A DNA stretch of 64,000 bases, from positions 163,712 through 227,711 of the forward strand of contig JBEKFQ010000001.1 in NCBI GenBank assembly GCA_050013235.1. The letters are read 5' to 3'. A model generated the notes under the pieces. It did no database searches. It saw only the letters and a list, made by a program, of their open reading frames with translations, and was not told the DNA's origin. A program made the position numbers and the translations under genes. Of the stretch, positions 22,119 through 30,119 are shown one piece after another. The DNA comes from Beijerinckiaceae bacterium. Its GTDB lineage: Bacteria; Pseudomonadota; Alphaproteobacteria; Rhizobiales; Beijerinckiaceae. How positions within the stretch are numbered: position 1 is the first letter of the stretch; each line of letters begins with the position of its first letter.

Positions 22119-22657
22119 AGAAGCAACTCCGGATAGCTGGCCTTCAACTGGGCCTTGACGTCGCTGAGATAGACCGGAACGACGGATTTCAGGCTCGTCT
22201 GCATCTGCTCGCCAATCTGCGGCAGCTTCGCAACAATGCTCAGCCCTTCGGGCGAGGAATAGAACTTATCGAGCGCGATGATTTCACTCGTGGTCAATGT
22301 ATCGAGTGCCACGACCATGCTCATGTCCATCAACACGACGATCCGGTCCTTCATGGCATCGTTCGCGATCGCCAACGTCTTGGCGATCTGATCCTTATTG
22401 AAGGATGGATTTTGCTTGGCTATATCGCCCAGCAAGCGCTTCTGAACATTGTCGAAGAGTTTGAGCAAAGCGGCTTGGCGGACGGGCGAGGCATAATAAT
22501 GCCGCGCCGCTGCAAGGGCCGCGGGATCATAGGTGGCGAGACGCTTTTCGAGAGCCGCGTGGTCGGTTGGAACAGGCTCGGCCGCGCGCGCGGCCGGAAG
22601 CGCCGCCAGGACGAAGGCGAAAACAAAAGCGGAAATAGCGGCTTGACGCACGATCAT
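22115..22657 (-). CDS. Secreted DUF2059-like protein inserted between nuoC and nuoD
   Basis: ATG at 22657 overlaps nuoC stop; signal peptide [25 protein letters not shown]; [18 protein letters not shown] motif; stop overlaps nuoD TTG. Confidence 0.8.
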   Translation of the reverse strand: MIVRQAAISAFVFAFVLAALPAARAAEPVPTDHAALEKRLATYDPAALAAARHYYASPVRQAALLKLFDNVQKRLLGDIAKQNPSFNKDQIAKTLAIANDAMKDRIVVLMDMSMVVALDTLTTSEIIALDKFYSSPEGLSIVAKLPQIGEQMQTSLKSVVPVYLSDVKAQLKASYPELLL

Positions 22658-23265
22658 GCTCCCTTGGCTCCCGCTTTTTCGTCGCCCGGCAGCACGTAAT
22701 CGGACCCCTCCCAAGGCGAGAGGAAATCGAAGGAGCGATAGGCCTGACTGAGCTTCACCGGCTCGTAGATCACCCGCTTCTGCTCGTCGTCGTAGCGGAC
22801 CTCGACATAGCCGGTCATCGGGAAATCCTTGCGCAGGGGATGCCCGTCGAACCCATAATCCGTCATGATGCGGCGGAGATCGGGATGGCCCGAAAAATAG
22901 ACGCCGAAGAGATCGTAAGTCTCGCGCTCGAACCAGTTGGCGGCGGGATAGACATCCACCAGCGAGGCCACGGGGGTCCGCTCGTCTGTCAAGACCTTGA
23001 TCCGAATGCGGTGGATATATTTCGGCGAGAGCAGATGGGTGACGACCTCGAAACGCTTCTCGCGTCCGGGATAATCGACGGCCGTGATGTCGATCAGGCA
23101 CGAAAAGCGGCAGGCGGGGTCGTCGCGCAGAAACGTCACGGTCTCGACCAGCTTGGCCGGATCCAGCAGCAGCGTCAGCTCGTCATGGGCGAAAGTCTGG
23201 GAGATCACCGCGCCCGGCAGGCTTGCCGCGACATGATCGCCCAGGCTCTTCAAGCTGTCATCCAT
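22654..23265 (-). CDS. nuoC: NADH-quinone oxidoreductase subunit C
   Basis: [26 protein letters not shown]; start set at ATG 23265. Confidence 0.96.
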   Translation of the reverse strand: MDDSLKSLGDHVAASLPGAVISQTFAHDELTLLLDPAKLVETVTFLRDDPACRFSCLIDITAVDYPGREKRFEVVTHLLSPKYIHRIRIKVLTDERTPVASLVDVYPAANWFERETYDLFGVYFSGHPDLRRIMTDYGFDGHPLRKDFPMTGYVEVRYDDEQKRVIYEPVKLSQAYRSFDFLSPWEGSDYVLPGDEKAGAKGA

Positions 23266-23346
23266 CACTAGATCCCTTAGCCGGTGGCCTCCGCGAGGAT
23301 CGTCGCGGCGGGCAATTCGATACACACTTCGGACGGGCGTTCCGCC

Positions 23347-23913
23347 TTACCGCTCGATCGTTCCAATGCGTCTGATTTTCTTCTGCAGCAGCAGAATCCC
23401 GTAGACCAAGGCCTCCGCGGACGGCGGGCAACCCGGCACGTAGATATCCACGGGCACGATCCTGTCGCAGCCGCGCACCACCGAATAGGAATAGTGGTAA
23501 TAGCCGCCGCCATTGGCGCAGGAGCCCATGGAAATGACATAACGGGGCTCTGGCATCTGGTCGTAGACCTTGCGCAGGGCCGGGGCCATTTTGTTGGTCA
23601 GCGTGCCCGCGACGATCATCACATCGGATTGACGCGGTGAGGCGCGCGGCGCGAAGCCAAAACGTTCGACGTCATAGCGCGGCATCGAGGCTTGCATCAT
23701 CTCGACCGCGCAACAGGCGAGACCGAAGGTCATCCACATCAACGAGCCCGTGCGCGCCCAGGTGATGAGATCGTCCGCCGAGGTCACGAGAAAGCCGCGG
23801 TCGGCCAGCTCGTCGCTCAGCGCGAGAAAATAGGGATCGTTCACCGGGGTGCCGCCAGGCCGGGCGAGGCCATGGGTCGGCGTATCATCCGGCGCGGTGA
23901 CGATCACTCCCAT
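23347..23913 (-). CDS. nuoB: NADH-quinone oxidoreductase subunit B
   Basis: [26 protein letters not shown]; start set at ATG 23913. Confidence 0.96.
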   Translation of the reverse strand: MGVIVTAPDDTPTHGLARPGGTPVNDPYFLALSDELADRGFLVTSADDLITWARTGSLMWMTFGLACCAVEMMQASMPRYDVERFGFAPRASPRQSDVMIVAGTLTNKMAPALRKVYDQMPEPRYVISMGSCANGGGYYHYSYSVVRGCDRIVPVDIYVPGCPPSAEALVYGILLLQKKIRRIGTIER

Positions 23914-24269
23914 TCGAGCGCTCCCTTTTTCCATTCGTAGACAAAGCCAACGGTCAAAACGCCGAGGAAGACGATCATCGACCAAAACCCGGCGGCGCCC
24001 ACCTGCTTGAACGCGACGGCCCAGGGGAACAGAAACGCGACCTCGAGATCGAAGATGATGAACAGGAGGGACACGAGATAGAAGCGGACATCGAATTTCA
24101 TCCGCGCGTCGTCGAACGCGTTGAAGCCGCATTCGTAAGCCGACAGTTTTTCCGGATCGGGTGACTTAAAAGCCACGAGAAACGGCGCGATGAGCAGCGC
24201 GCCCGAGATGAAAGCCGAGAGCCCCATGAAGACGGCAAGAGGGAGATATTCGCTGAGAATGTCTTGCAT
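23904..24269 (-). CDS. nuoA: NADH-quinone oxidoreductase subunit A
   Basis: [30 protein letters not shown]. Confidence 0.96.
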   Translation of the reverse strand: MQDILSEYLPLAVFMGLSAFISGALLIAPFLVAFKSPDPEKLSAYECGFNAFDDARMKFDVRFYLVSLLFIIFDLEVAFLFPWAVAFKQVGAAGFWSMIVFLGVLTVGFVYEWKKGALEWE

Positions 24270-24678
24270 GACCCCGCTTCTCTCCTCTCGAAAAGGACCA
24301 GATGGACGCTATCGCCCAACCGGCAAACTACTCCTCCGGAGTAATTTTATCCCGGAAACTCCGGCCCGGCCCGGAATCCATAACCCTCTAGCCCATTTTT
24401 GTGGAACAACGATAAACCGTTGTCACAAAAACATAGCTGAGTCTTCAATCCTAACGCCCTGAACTCGCGCCACTTTCCTGCTAGCGGGATGATTCTCTTC
24501 CCCGCCGCGGGCCAGTCCCGGCGCGGGATGCCTACCGCAGTGCAACGAGCGAAGCAAGATCCGGGCGAATTCTATCCCGAGTTCGGAGGCGCCTCGACGC
24601 GCGGCAAAAGCCAAGCGCTAGCTTCGTCGCGCTGGCGAGGATAGAGTGAACGCAGGCTCCGGAACCGGAAGAACCGCC

Positions 24679-25459
24679 ATGGCTGCGTCCGAGATCATCC
24701 TGTTGATTCTCATTTTGGGCGTATTCTTTTCGACCGTCCGGGTCGCCAATGAATATCAGCGCGCCGTGGTGTTCCGCCTAGGGAAATATAACCGGACATC
24801 CGGTCCAGGTCTCTATTTCACCATTCCCTTCCTGGAATGGCGGGCGATGACGGATTTACGGGTTCTCACCACGATCGTCGAGCAACAGGAAACGATCACG
24901 CGCGACAATGTGCCGGTGAAGATCAATGCGGTGATCTGGCGGCGTACCGTCAACCCCAGGGATTCGATCATTAAAGTCAACGATGCCGATGACAGCGTCG
25001 TACAAGTGGCGGCCACGGCGCTGCGCAATATCATCGGGCAGCATTCGCTCGACGAGGTCTTGAAATCGCAAGACGTGATCGCGACCGCCCTCGCCGCCTC
25101 GATCGACCTGGTCACCGAGCCTTGGGGCGTGAAGGTCGAACGGGTGCAGATGAAAAACGTCGAGATTCCCGATTCCATAGCAGCGCGCCCTGGCGCAAGA
25201 AGCCGAAGCCCTGCGCGAAAAGCGAGCCCGGCAAATCAAGGCGGAAGCCGAAGTGGAAGCGGCAACGCTGCTGCGGGATGCCGCGCGCATTATCATGGAC
25301 GCCCCCGCCGGCCTGGAGCTGCGGCGGATGCAAATGATTACCGAGGTCGGCGCGGAACAAAACACCATGACGATCATCATGATGCCGAGCGAATTCGTGG
25401 AAATGGCGCGCGCTTTCGCGCACGGCCCCGCCCGTGAGAGTTCTGGATCGAGACCCTGA
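24679..25459 (+). pseudogene. SPFH/Band-7 (slipin/QmcA-like) gene with +1 frameshift
   Basis: EYQRAVVFRLG, ITRDNVPVKINAV, WGVKVERV; ATAG at 25177-25180 instead of ATG breaks the frame before QRALAQEAEALREKRA; 781 nt = 260 codons + 1. Confidence 0.85.
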
Positions 25460-25490
25460 CCTCGCGGTTTGAGCGCGGAAGCTCGAGAGC

Positions 25491-25730
25491 CTAGCGGCGC
25501 GAGCGCAAAGCCTTCGGCCGCATTTCGGTCCGGGCCGATTGGATTGTCATCGACAACATATAAGCGAGGAAGGTGTCGCCTAGGACGTCGGCGATCTCTT
25601 TTGCCGCCGTGCAATGATCGACAAGCGCGACGAGTTGATCCAACCGGCTCTGCTCAAACGGCACCGTAACTACATCCGCAGGCTTATTCGCATCTTCCGC
25701 CGCGAATAGTCTTGGCTCTTTCACAATCAT
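25491..25730 (-). CDS. Small hypothetical helical protein divergent from luxI
   Basis: GGAGG SD before ATG 25730; C-terminal IADVLGDTFLAYMLSM helix pattern. Confidence 0.6.
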   Translation of the reverse strand: MIVKEPRLFAAEDANKPADVVTVPFEQSRLDQLVALVDHCTAAKEIADVLGDTFLAYMLSMTIQSARTEMRPKALRSRR

Positions 25731-25806
25731 CTTCACCCTCCACTTATCGCCACGTTATTTCCGGCGTATTTTACTTGTAAAAGCTATTTTAAAAACAAAC
25801 TCGCAA

Positions 25807-25833
25807 GTGATTGAATATTTTATGTTCAATCAC
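25807..25833. promoter_or_regulatory. 27-bp palindrome, candidate operator
   Basis: GTGATTGAA-TATTTTATG-TTCAATCAC in the AT-rich divergent intergenic region. Confidence 0.5.
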
Positions 25834-26051
25834 ACATCACAAGTTTAACTATTCTAACCGTTACAACTCGAAAATAACACCGGCCTCCAAGAAAAACCTG
25901 CTGCCGAAACAAAACAACAAGCTCTTCCCAAAAAAAGCAACAACAACCCACAAGTCAGGCCAGGCGCTGCCGCCCGGATGGATCATCGCGACGATCTTAA
26001 ATCCCACATTCTCACTACGGCCGGACCCTAGCGAAAACCTCCGGGATAAAA

Positions 26052-26071
26052 ACCTGGGCATCTCCACAGGT
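26052..26071 (+). promoter_or_regulatory. lux box upstream of luxI homolog
   Basis: ACCTG-GGCATCTCCA-CAGGT, 20 bp, same arms and spacing as the canonical lux box; about 60 nt upstream of ATG. Confidence 0.85.
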
Positions 26072-26129
26072 TTCAAACCCTCGCGAAATTGCTTTTATTT
26101 TTCAAAGAATTTCCGACGGAGTGGCCGAT

Positions 26130-26750
26130 ATGATCGAAGCTTTTACGCTCGCCACCGCGCATCACTTTGGCGATGCCTTGGCCTCGCAAGCGCGGTTGAG
26201 ATACAAGACCTTCGTGGCTCATCGTGGCTTGCCACACAACCATTACGCAGGGTTGGAATATGATGAGTTCGATACGCCCGCGGCAGTATACTTTGTATGG
26301 CGAGACAAAACCTTTACCGTGAGGGGGCTCGCACGCCTGCTTCCGACGTCGCGGCCCTACATGATGCAAAGCTACTGGCCGGAGCTTGTGGACGGCACCC
26401 CGCCCTCGGCTCCCGATATGTGGGAAGTGACACGTGTCTGCATCGACCGCTCGTTCCCAGCGGCGCAGCGGCTCCGAATTTTTCCCGAAATTTTCGCTGG
26501 AATTGACGAATATTGCGGGATGGAAGGGATCAAATCCCTCATCGGCGTGGCCACGCCACCTCTTGTCAAACACCATTCGCGTTCCAGCTTCCAGTGGCTT
26601 GGCCAACCCGCCGAAGTGGAAGGTAAGATCGAGCGCGCCTTCCTGTTACCGCAGGGCCTGATCCGAATGCACGAGACCTGCGAGAAACTGTCAATTCCAG
26701 AATCGGTCCTGCGAATTGCGCCAAGCGAATCTTTCGCGATCGCCGCTTAA
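26130..26750 (+). CDS. Acyl-homoserine-lactone synthase, LuxI family
   Basis: RLRYKTFV, GLEYDEFDT, ARLLPT..PYMM, WEVTRV; GGAG SD before ATG 26130. Confidence 0.9.
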   Translation: MIEAFTLATAHHFGDALASQARLRYKTFVAHRGLPHNHYAGLEYDEFDTPAAVYFVWRDKTFTVRGLARLLPTSRPYMMQSYWPELVDGTPPSAPDMWEVTRVCIDRSFPAAQRLRIFPEIFAGIDEYCGMEGIKSLIGVATPPLVKHHSRSSFQWLGQPAEVEGKIERAFLLPQGLIRMHETCEKLSIPESVLRIAPSESFAIAA

Positions 26751-26775
26751 ATACACTCATTTTGGATGTCGGCCG

Positions 26776-27012
26776 GTGGCACGCAAGGACTTAAATCCGC
26801 TCAAGATCGCGCTCCAGATGCGAGAAGCCGTGGCCTATCTTGCGGCCCTCGCCTCCCGGTCCGAGTTGGAAAAAATCGCGCACGAACTCCTGAGGGTTCA
26901 TTTGAAACTCGGGACGCAAATCGACGCGATGATGGACGAGCAAAACGACGAGCGCGACCGCAACGTCCGTTATGGAAAAGCGGCACAGAAATCGAAAGTT
27001 TTGCGCCATTGA
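26776..27012 (+). CDS. Small hypothetical helical protein downstream of luxI
   Basis: Open frame 26716-27012; GTG 26776 or ATG 26818 start; AYLAALASRSELEKIAHELL amphipathic pattern. Confidence 0.5.
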   Translation: MARKDLNPLKIALQMREAVAYLAALASRSELEKIAHELLRVHLKLGTQIDAMMDEQNDERDRNVRYGKAAQKSKVLRH

Positions 27013-27030
27013 TAGGGCAATTACCCCGAA

Positions 27031-27050
27031 ACCCCGTGTATATCCCAGGT
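27031..27050 (+). promoter_or_regulatory. Degenerate lux-box-like site upstream of the aminotransferase
   Basis: ACCCC-GTGTATATCC-CAGGT, 20 bp, perfect right arm, flanks AA...T like the luxI box. Confidence 0.5.
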
Positions 27051-27151
27051 TATATACAATCAAAATTTATGATAAATATTTTTTCCTCTAATAAAGCAGC
27101 AATGCGAGGAAATATAGGTCTGCTCGCGCAATTACGATAGGGGTACGCCAA

Positions 27152-28465
27152 ATGTCCGTTTCAGTTGCTTATGCGCCTAACCATACAGGAACCTTCCTAG
27201 CCCATGAATCCGAGGTCCGGTCCTATTGCCGCAGAATGCCGCGTGTCTTCACGCGAGGCCGTAACGCTCATGTCTGGGACGAAGCCGGCACGGAATTCAT
27301 CGATTTCTTTTCGGCCTGCGGTTCGCTCAACTACGGCCACAACGACGCTCTGATCAAGCAAGCCGCGCTCGATCACCTGGAATCCGATTCCATCATCTGC
27401 GGGCTCGATCTACACACGTCGGCCAAACGCAACTTTATCGATGCGTTTCAGCGCATTGTTCTGGCGCCGCGCGGTCTGGATTATAAGCTTCAGTTTCCCG
27501 GGCCGACTGGCACGAATGCGGTCGAGGCGGCCCTAAAGCTGGCTCGCAAGGTCACCAAGCGGCATAATGTGGTGGCCTTCTCCCGTGGCTTCCATGGCAT
27601 GACGCTCGGCGCATTGGCCGCGACCTATAACAAGCAGGCTCGCCTAGGCGCGGGGGTTCCGCTCACCCATGTGACGCGCCTCGCCTACGAAAACGACGAA
27701 GATTGCGGTTTCCCGAGCCTCGACGCGTTCGCGGCCCGGTTCGAATCCGCCACGGCGGAAGCCGGAGCCCCGGCGGCCTTCCTTGTCGAAACGGTCCAAG
27801 GCGAGGGCGGCCTTCACGTGGCCTCCAAAGCCTGGCTTCAGCGTCTTGCCGCGCTGGCCAAGCGACTGGGATCCCTGTTGATCGTCGACGATATTCAAGC
27901 TGGCTGCGGGCGGACGGGACCGTTCTTCAGCTTCGAACGGGCTGGCATCAAGCCCGATATCGTCTGTCTCGCAAAATCCTTGAGCGGCCTCGGCCTCCCC
28001 ATGGCCCTCGTCCTCATCAAGCCTACATGGGACAAATGGTCTCCCGGTGAACATAACGGCACGTTCCGGGGCAATAATCTCGCCTTCGCGACGGCAACCG
28101 CGGCTCTCGGCTATTGGGAGCAAGCGAGCTTCCTCGGCCAAAAAGAGCAGAGCGAAACCCTGGTGCAAGCCTGGCTGGAAATGAAAAGCCGTATTTACCA
28201 CTCTTATGGGGTGAGCGCCCGCGGGCAAGGCCTGATGGCGGGATTGCGGTTTGCTTATCCCGGACAGGCGGAAGCCGTGGCCCGTGAAACGTTCAAGCGC
28301 AATGTGCTGATCGAAACCGCCGGTCAAAACGACGATGTTCTAAAACTCATGCCGCCGCTGACGATACCCCATGATGTCTTGATCGAGGGATTGGAGCGTA
28401 TCTCGCAAGCAATCGACGCGGTCCTGCCGGTTTCGGACACCGCCAGCCAAACCCTCGCGGCGTGA
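27152..28465 (+). CDS. Diaminobutyrate--2-oxoglutarate aminotransferase, EctB-like, without ectA/ectC
   Basis: ESEVRSYCR, GSLNYGHN, GLDLHT.AK, FPGPTGTNAVEAALKLARK, DDIQAGCGRTG, PLP Lys in LAKSLSG. Confidence 0.9.
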   Translation: MSVSVAYAPNHTGTFLAHESEVRSYCRRMPRVFTRGRNAHVWDEAGTEFIDFFSACGSLNYGHNDALIKQAALDHLESDSIICGLDLHTSAKRNFIDAFQRIVLAPRGLDYKLQFPGPTGTNAVEAALKLARKVTKRHNVVAFSRGFHGMTLGALAATYNKQARLGAGVPLTHVTRLAYENDEDCGFPSLDAFAARFESATAEAGAPAAFLVETVQGEGGLHVASKAWLQRLAALAKRLGSLLIVDDIQAGCGRTGPFFSFERAGIKPDIVCLAKSLSGLGLPMALVLIKPTWDKWSPGEHNGTFRGNNLAFATATAALGYWEQASFLGQKEQSETLVQAWLEMKSRIYHSYGVSARGQGLMAGLRFAYPGQAEAVARETFKRNVLIETAGQNDDVLKLMPPLTIPHDVLIEGLERISQAIDAVLPVSDTASQTLAA

Positions 28466-28506
28466 ACGGCGCGCCCCGGCTTTCGCGACTGCGAATGCCG
28501 GGGCCG

Positions 28507-29223
28507 TCAAAGTCCGATAATGCCTTCCTGAATCGCGATGACAATCGCCGTAATCCGGTTGCTCGCATCCAATTTCCGCATTGCATTGCCGATATGAAAT
28601 TCAACCGTCCGTTCGGCGACGGAAATGATTTGGCTGATCTCCCAATTCGTTTTGCCGTCTTTAGCCCATGACAAGCATTCGCGTTCCCGTCCCGTGAGCT
28701 GAATCTTTCTTTCCTCACATTCGAGTTCGCTCGAGAGAAGAGCGGAATGGCGGATCCAGGTTTGGGCCGCGAGCGCATAAATGAAAGGCACCCGCCGGGG
28801 GTCCGGTTTAGGTCCGTCGCGAAGGCTCACACTTACAATATGCGTACTGCCGTCAGGATTATGGAACGGCATTGTCAGCCCGCTGTGAACGCCCATATCC
28901 TTGCAATCGTCGAAAAACGCCCTTTGGCATTGGGTGAGCGGCCGGTTGTGGGCTATTGTGTCCCAAAGGAACGGTTGCTTCGCGATAATTGTCTGCTGCA
29001 ATATAGGGTCTATTAGATTGAACTTATTGCCAAAGTACTGCTCAGTATACCCGCTTGGAAATTCTTTGGCAATAATACACACCTCTGTTTTGTGGGGCAA
29101 ATGAGCGAATACAATGTTTTGATATCCTTCATCTACAACAGAAGCTTGAAATAATGCGCCAAGATCGCTCGGGCTCGCGACAGCTTGGGTCGCTTCTAGA
29201 AAATCTTCAAAATTGGACGCCAT
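28507..29223 (-). CDS. LuxR-family regulator with autoinducer-binding domain
   Basis: FPSGYTEQY, IDPI, PFLW, HSGLT, LTGRERECLSWAKDGKTNWEIS, HTH. Confidence 0.92.
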   Translation of the reverse strand: MASNFEDFLEATQAVASPSDLGALFQASVVDEGYQNIVFAHLPHKTEVCIIAKEFPSGYTEQYFGNKFNLIDPILQQTIIAKQPFLWDTIAHNRPLTQCQRAFFDDCKDMGVHSGLTMPFHNPDGSTHIVSVSLRDGPKPDPRRVPFIYALAAQTWIRHSALLSSELECEERKIQLTGRERECLSWAKDGKTNWEISQIISVAERTVEFHIGNAMRKLDASNRITAIVIAIQEGIIGL

Positions 29224-30119
29224 GTTGCGCCCCCGCCCCCCCCCCCAATTTGTTCCACGGCGGCTTCCCCAGGTGAAAGCTCGCCGGAAACTTCTTGCAA
29301 GAATGAGAGAAGAAGCTCGTTGAATTGATCAGGCGCTTGCCAATGCGCGGCGTGACCAACCCCTTCGAGAACCTGAACCGCGCCGCGCCAAAGATTCCGG
29401 TAGGCCGGCTTTCGCAGATAGGCAAGATTGATAAAGGGGTCTTTGTCCCCGTGGAGCACGGCCAACGGCCGGACATCGCGTTCGGCCAAATCCCACTCGT
29501 CCAAACCAAGGCCGTTCATGGCGTTTTGGACCATCCAAAAGCGGGCATCCCCATCTGTTCTGCGAACTGCCTTCAAAAGGTCCGGCGTGAGAAATTCCGG
29601 GCCGCCAACAACCGCTTCGCCGTAAGCGATCGCATCCTCGAGGCTGAAGTCGCGCTGACCCGCGTAATTCATCGCCCCTGAGGGGAGAAAAGCCTCGGCC
29701 AGCGATTCCATCCGCATTTTAGCGGCGGGCGTTCCAACAATGAGAAGCGAAGCGACACGGGCGTCACGGCCCATCAATTCCAGCCCGACATGCCCGCCGA
29801 GCGACCAGCCCACGACATGGATGGATTCAATCGCGAAGAAATCAAGTATCTCGGCTACGATCCCCGCATAACCAGGAAAGCTATAGACCGCCGAAGGATT
29901 TTTTGCATTTTCCGACGCGCCGTGGCCAGGTAAATCCAATGCCAATACGCCATAGCCCTGCTCGCGAAGGAGCGAGATCTGGGCCGCGAATATTTCTTTA
30001 CAGGCGGAATTCCCGTGAATCAAAAGGACGAGCGGACGCCGGCCTAAATAATAAACTAGGTCGATACGCCCACAACTTACCTCTACCGCATGATGATAAT
30101 CCGGCATGTGATGTGCCAT
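29196..30119 (-). CDS. Alpha/beta hydrolase resembling AidH-type AHL lactonase
   Basis: IHGNS, DLPGHG, YSFPGYA, GWSLGGH nucleophile elbow, RTDGDAR, HGDKDPF, NLWRG, GVGHA; similarity to AidH recalled from memory, not searched. Confidence 0.75.
   Translation of the reverse strand: MAHHMPDYHHAVEVSCGRIDLVYYLGRRPLVLLIHGNSACKEIFAAQISLLREQGYGVLALDLPGHGASENAKNPSAVYSFPGYAGIVAEILDFFAIESIHVVGWSLGGHVGLELMGRDARVASLLIVGTPAAKMRMESLAEAFLPSGAMNYAGQRDFSLEDAIAYGEAVVGGPEFLTPDLLKAVRRTDGDARFWMVQNAMNGLGLDEWDLAERDVRPLAVLHGDKDPFINLAYLRKPAYRNLWRGAVQVLEGVGHAAHWQAPDQFNELLLSFLQEVSGELSPGEAAVEQIGGGGGGATWRPILKIF
29230..29246. repeat. C5-G-C11 homopolymer tract (G11 on coding strand) at hydrolase/luxR junction
   Basis: CCCCCGCCCCCCCCCCC read directly. 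Confidence 0.9.

Noticed and set aside
24270-24678. Possible tRNA or riboswitch upstream of nuoA / SPFH gene
   Set aside because: No TTCRA T-loop with cloverleaf and no recognisable riboswitch core
27152-28465. Ectoine biosynthesis operon
   Set aside because: Only an EctB-like gene; no ectA, ectC, ectD or ask nearby
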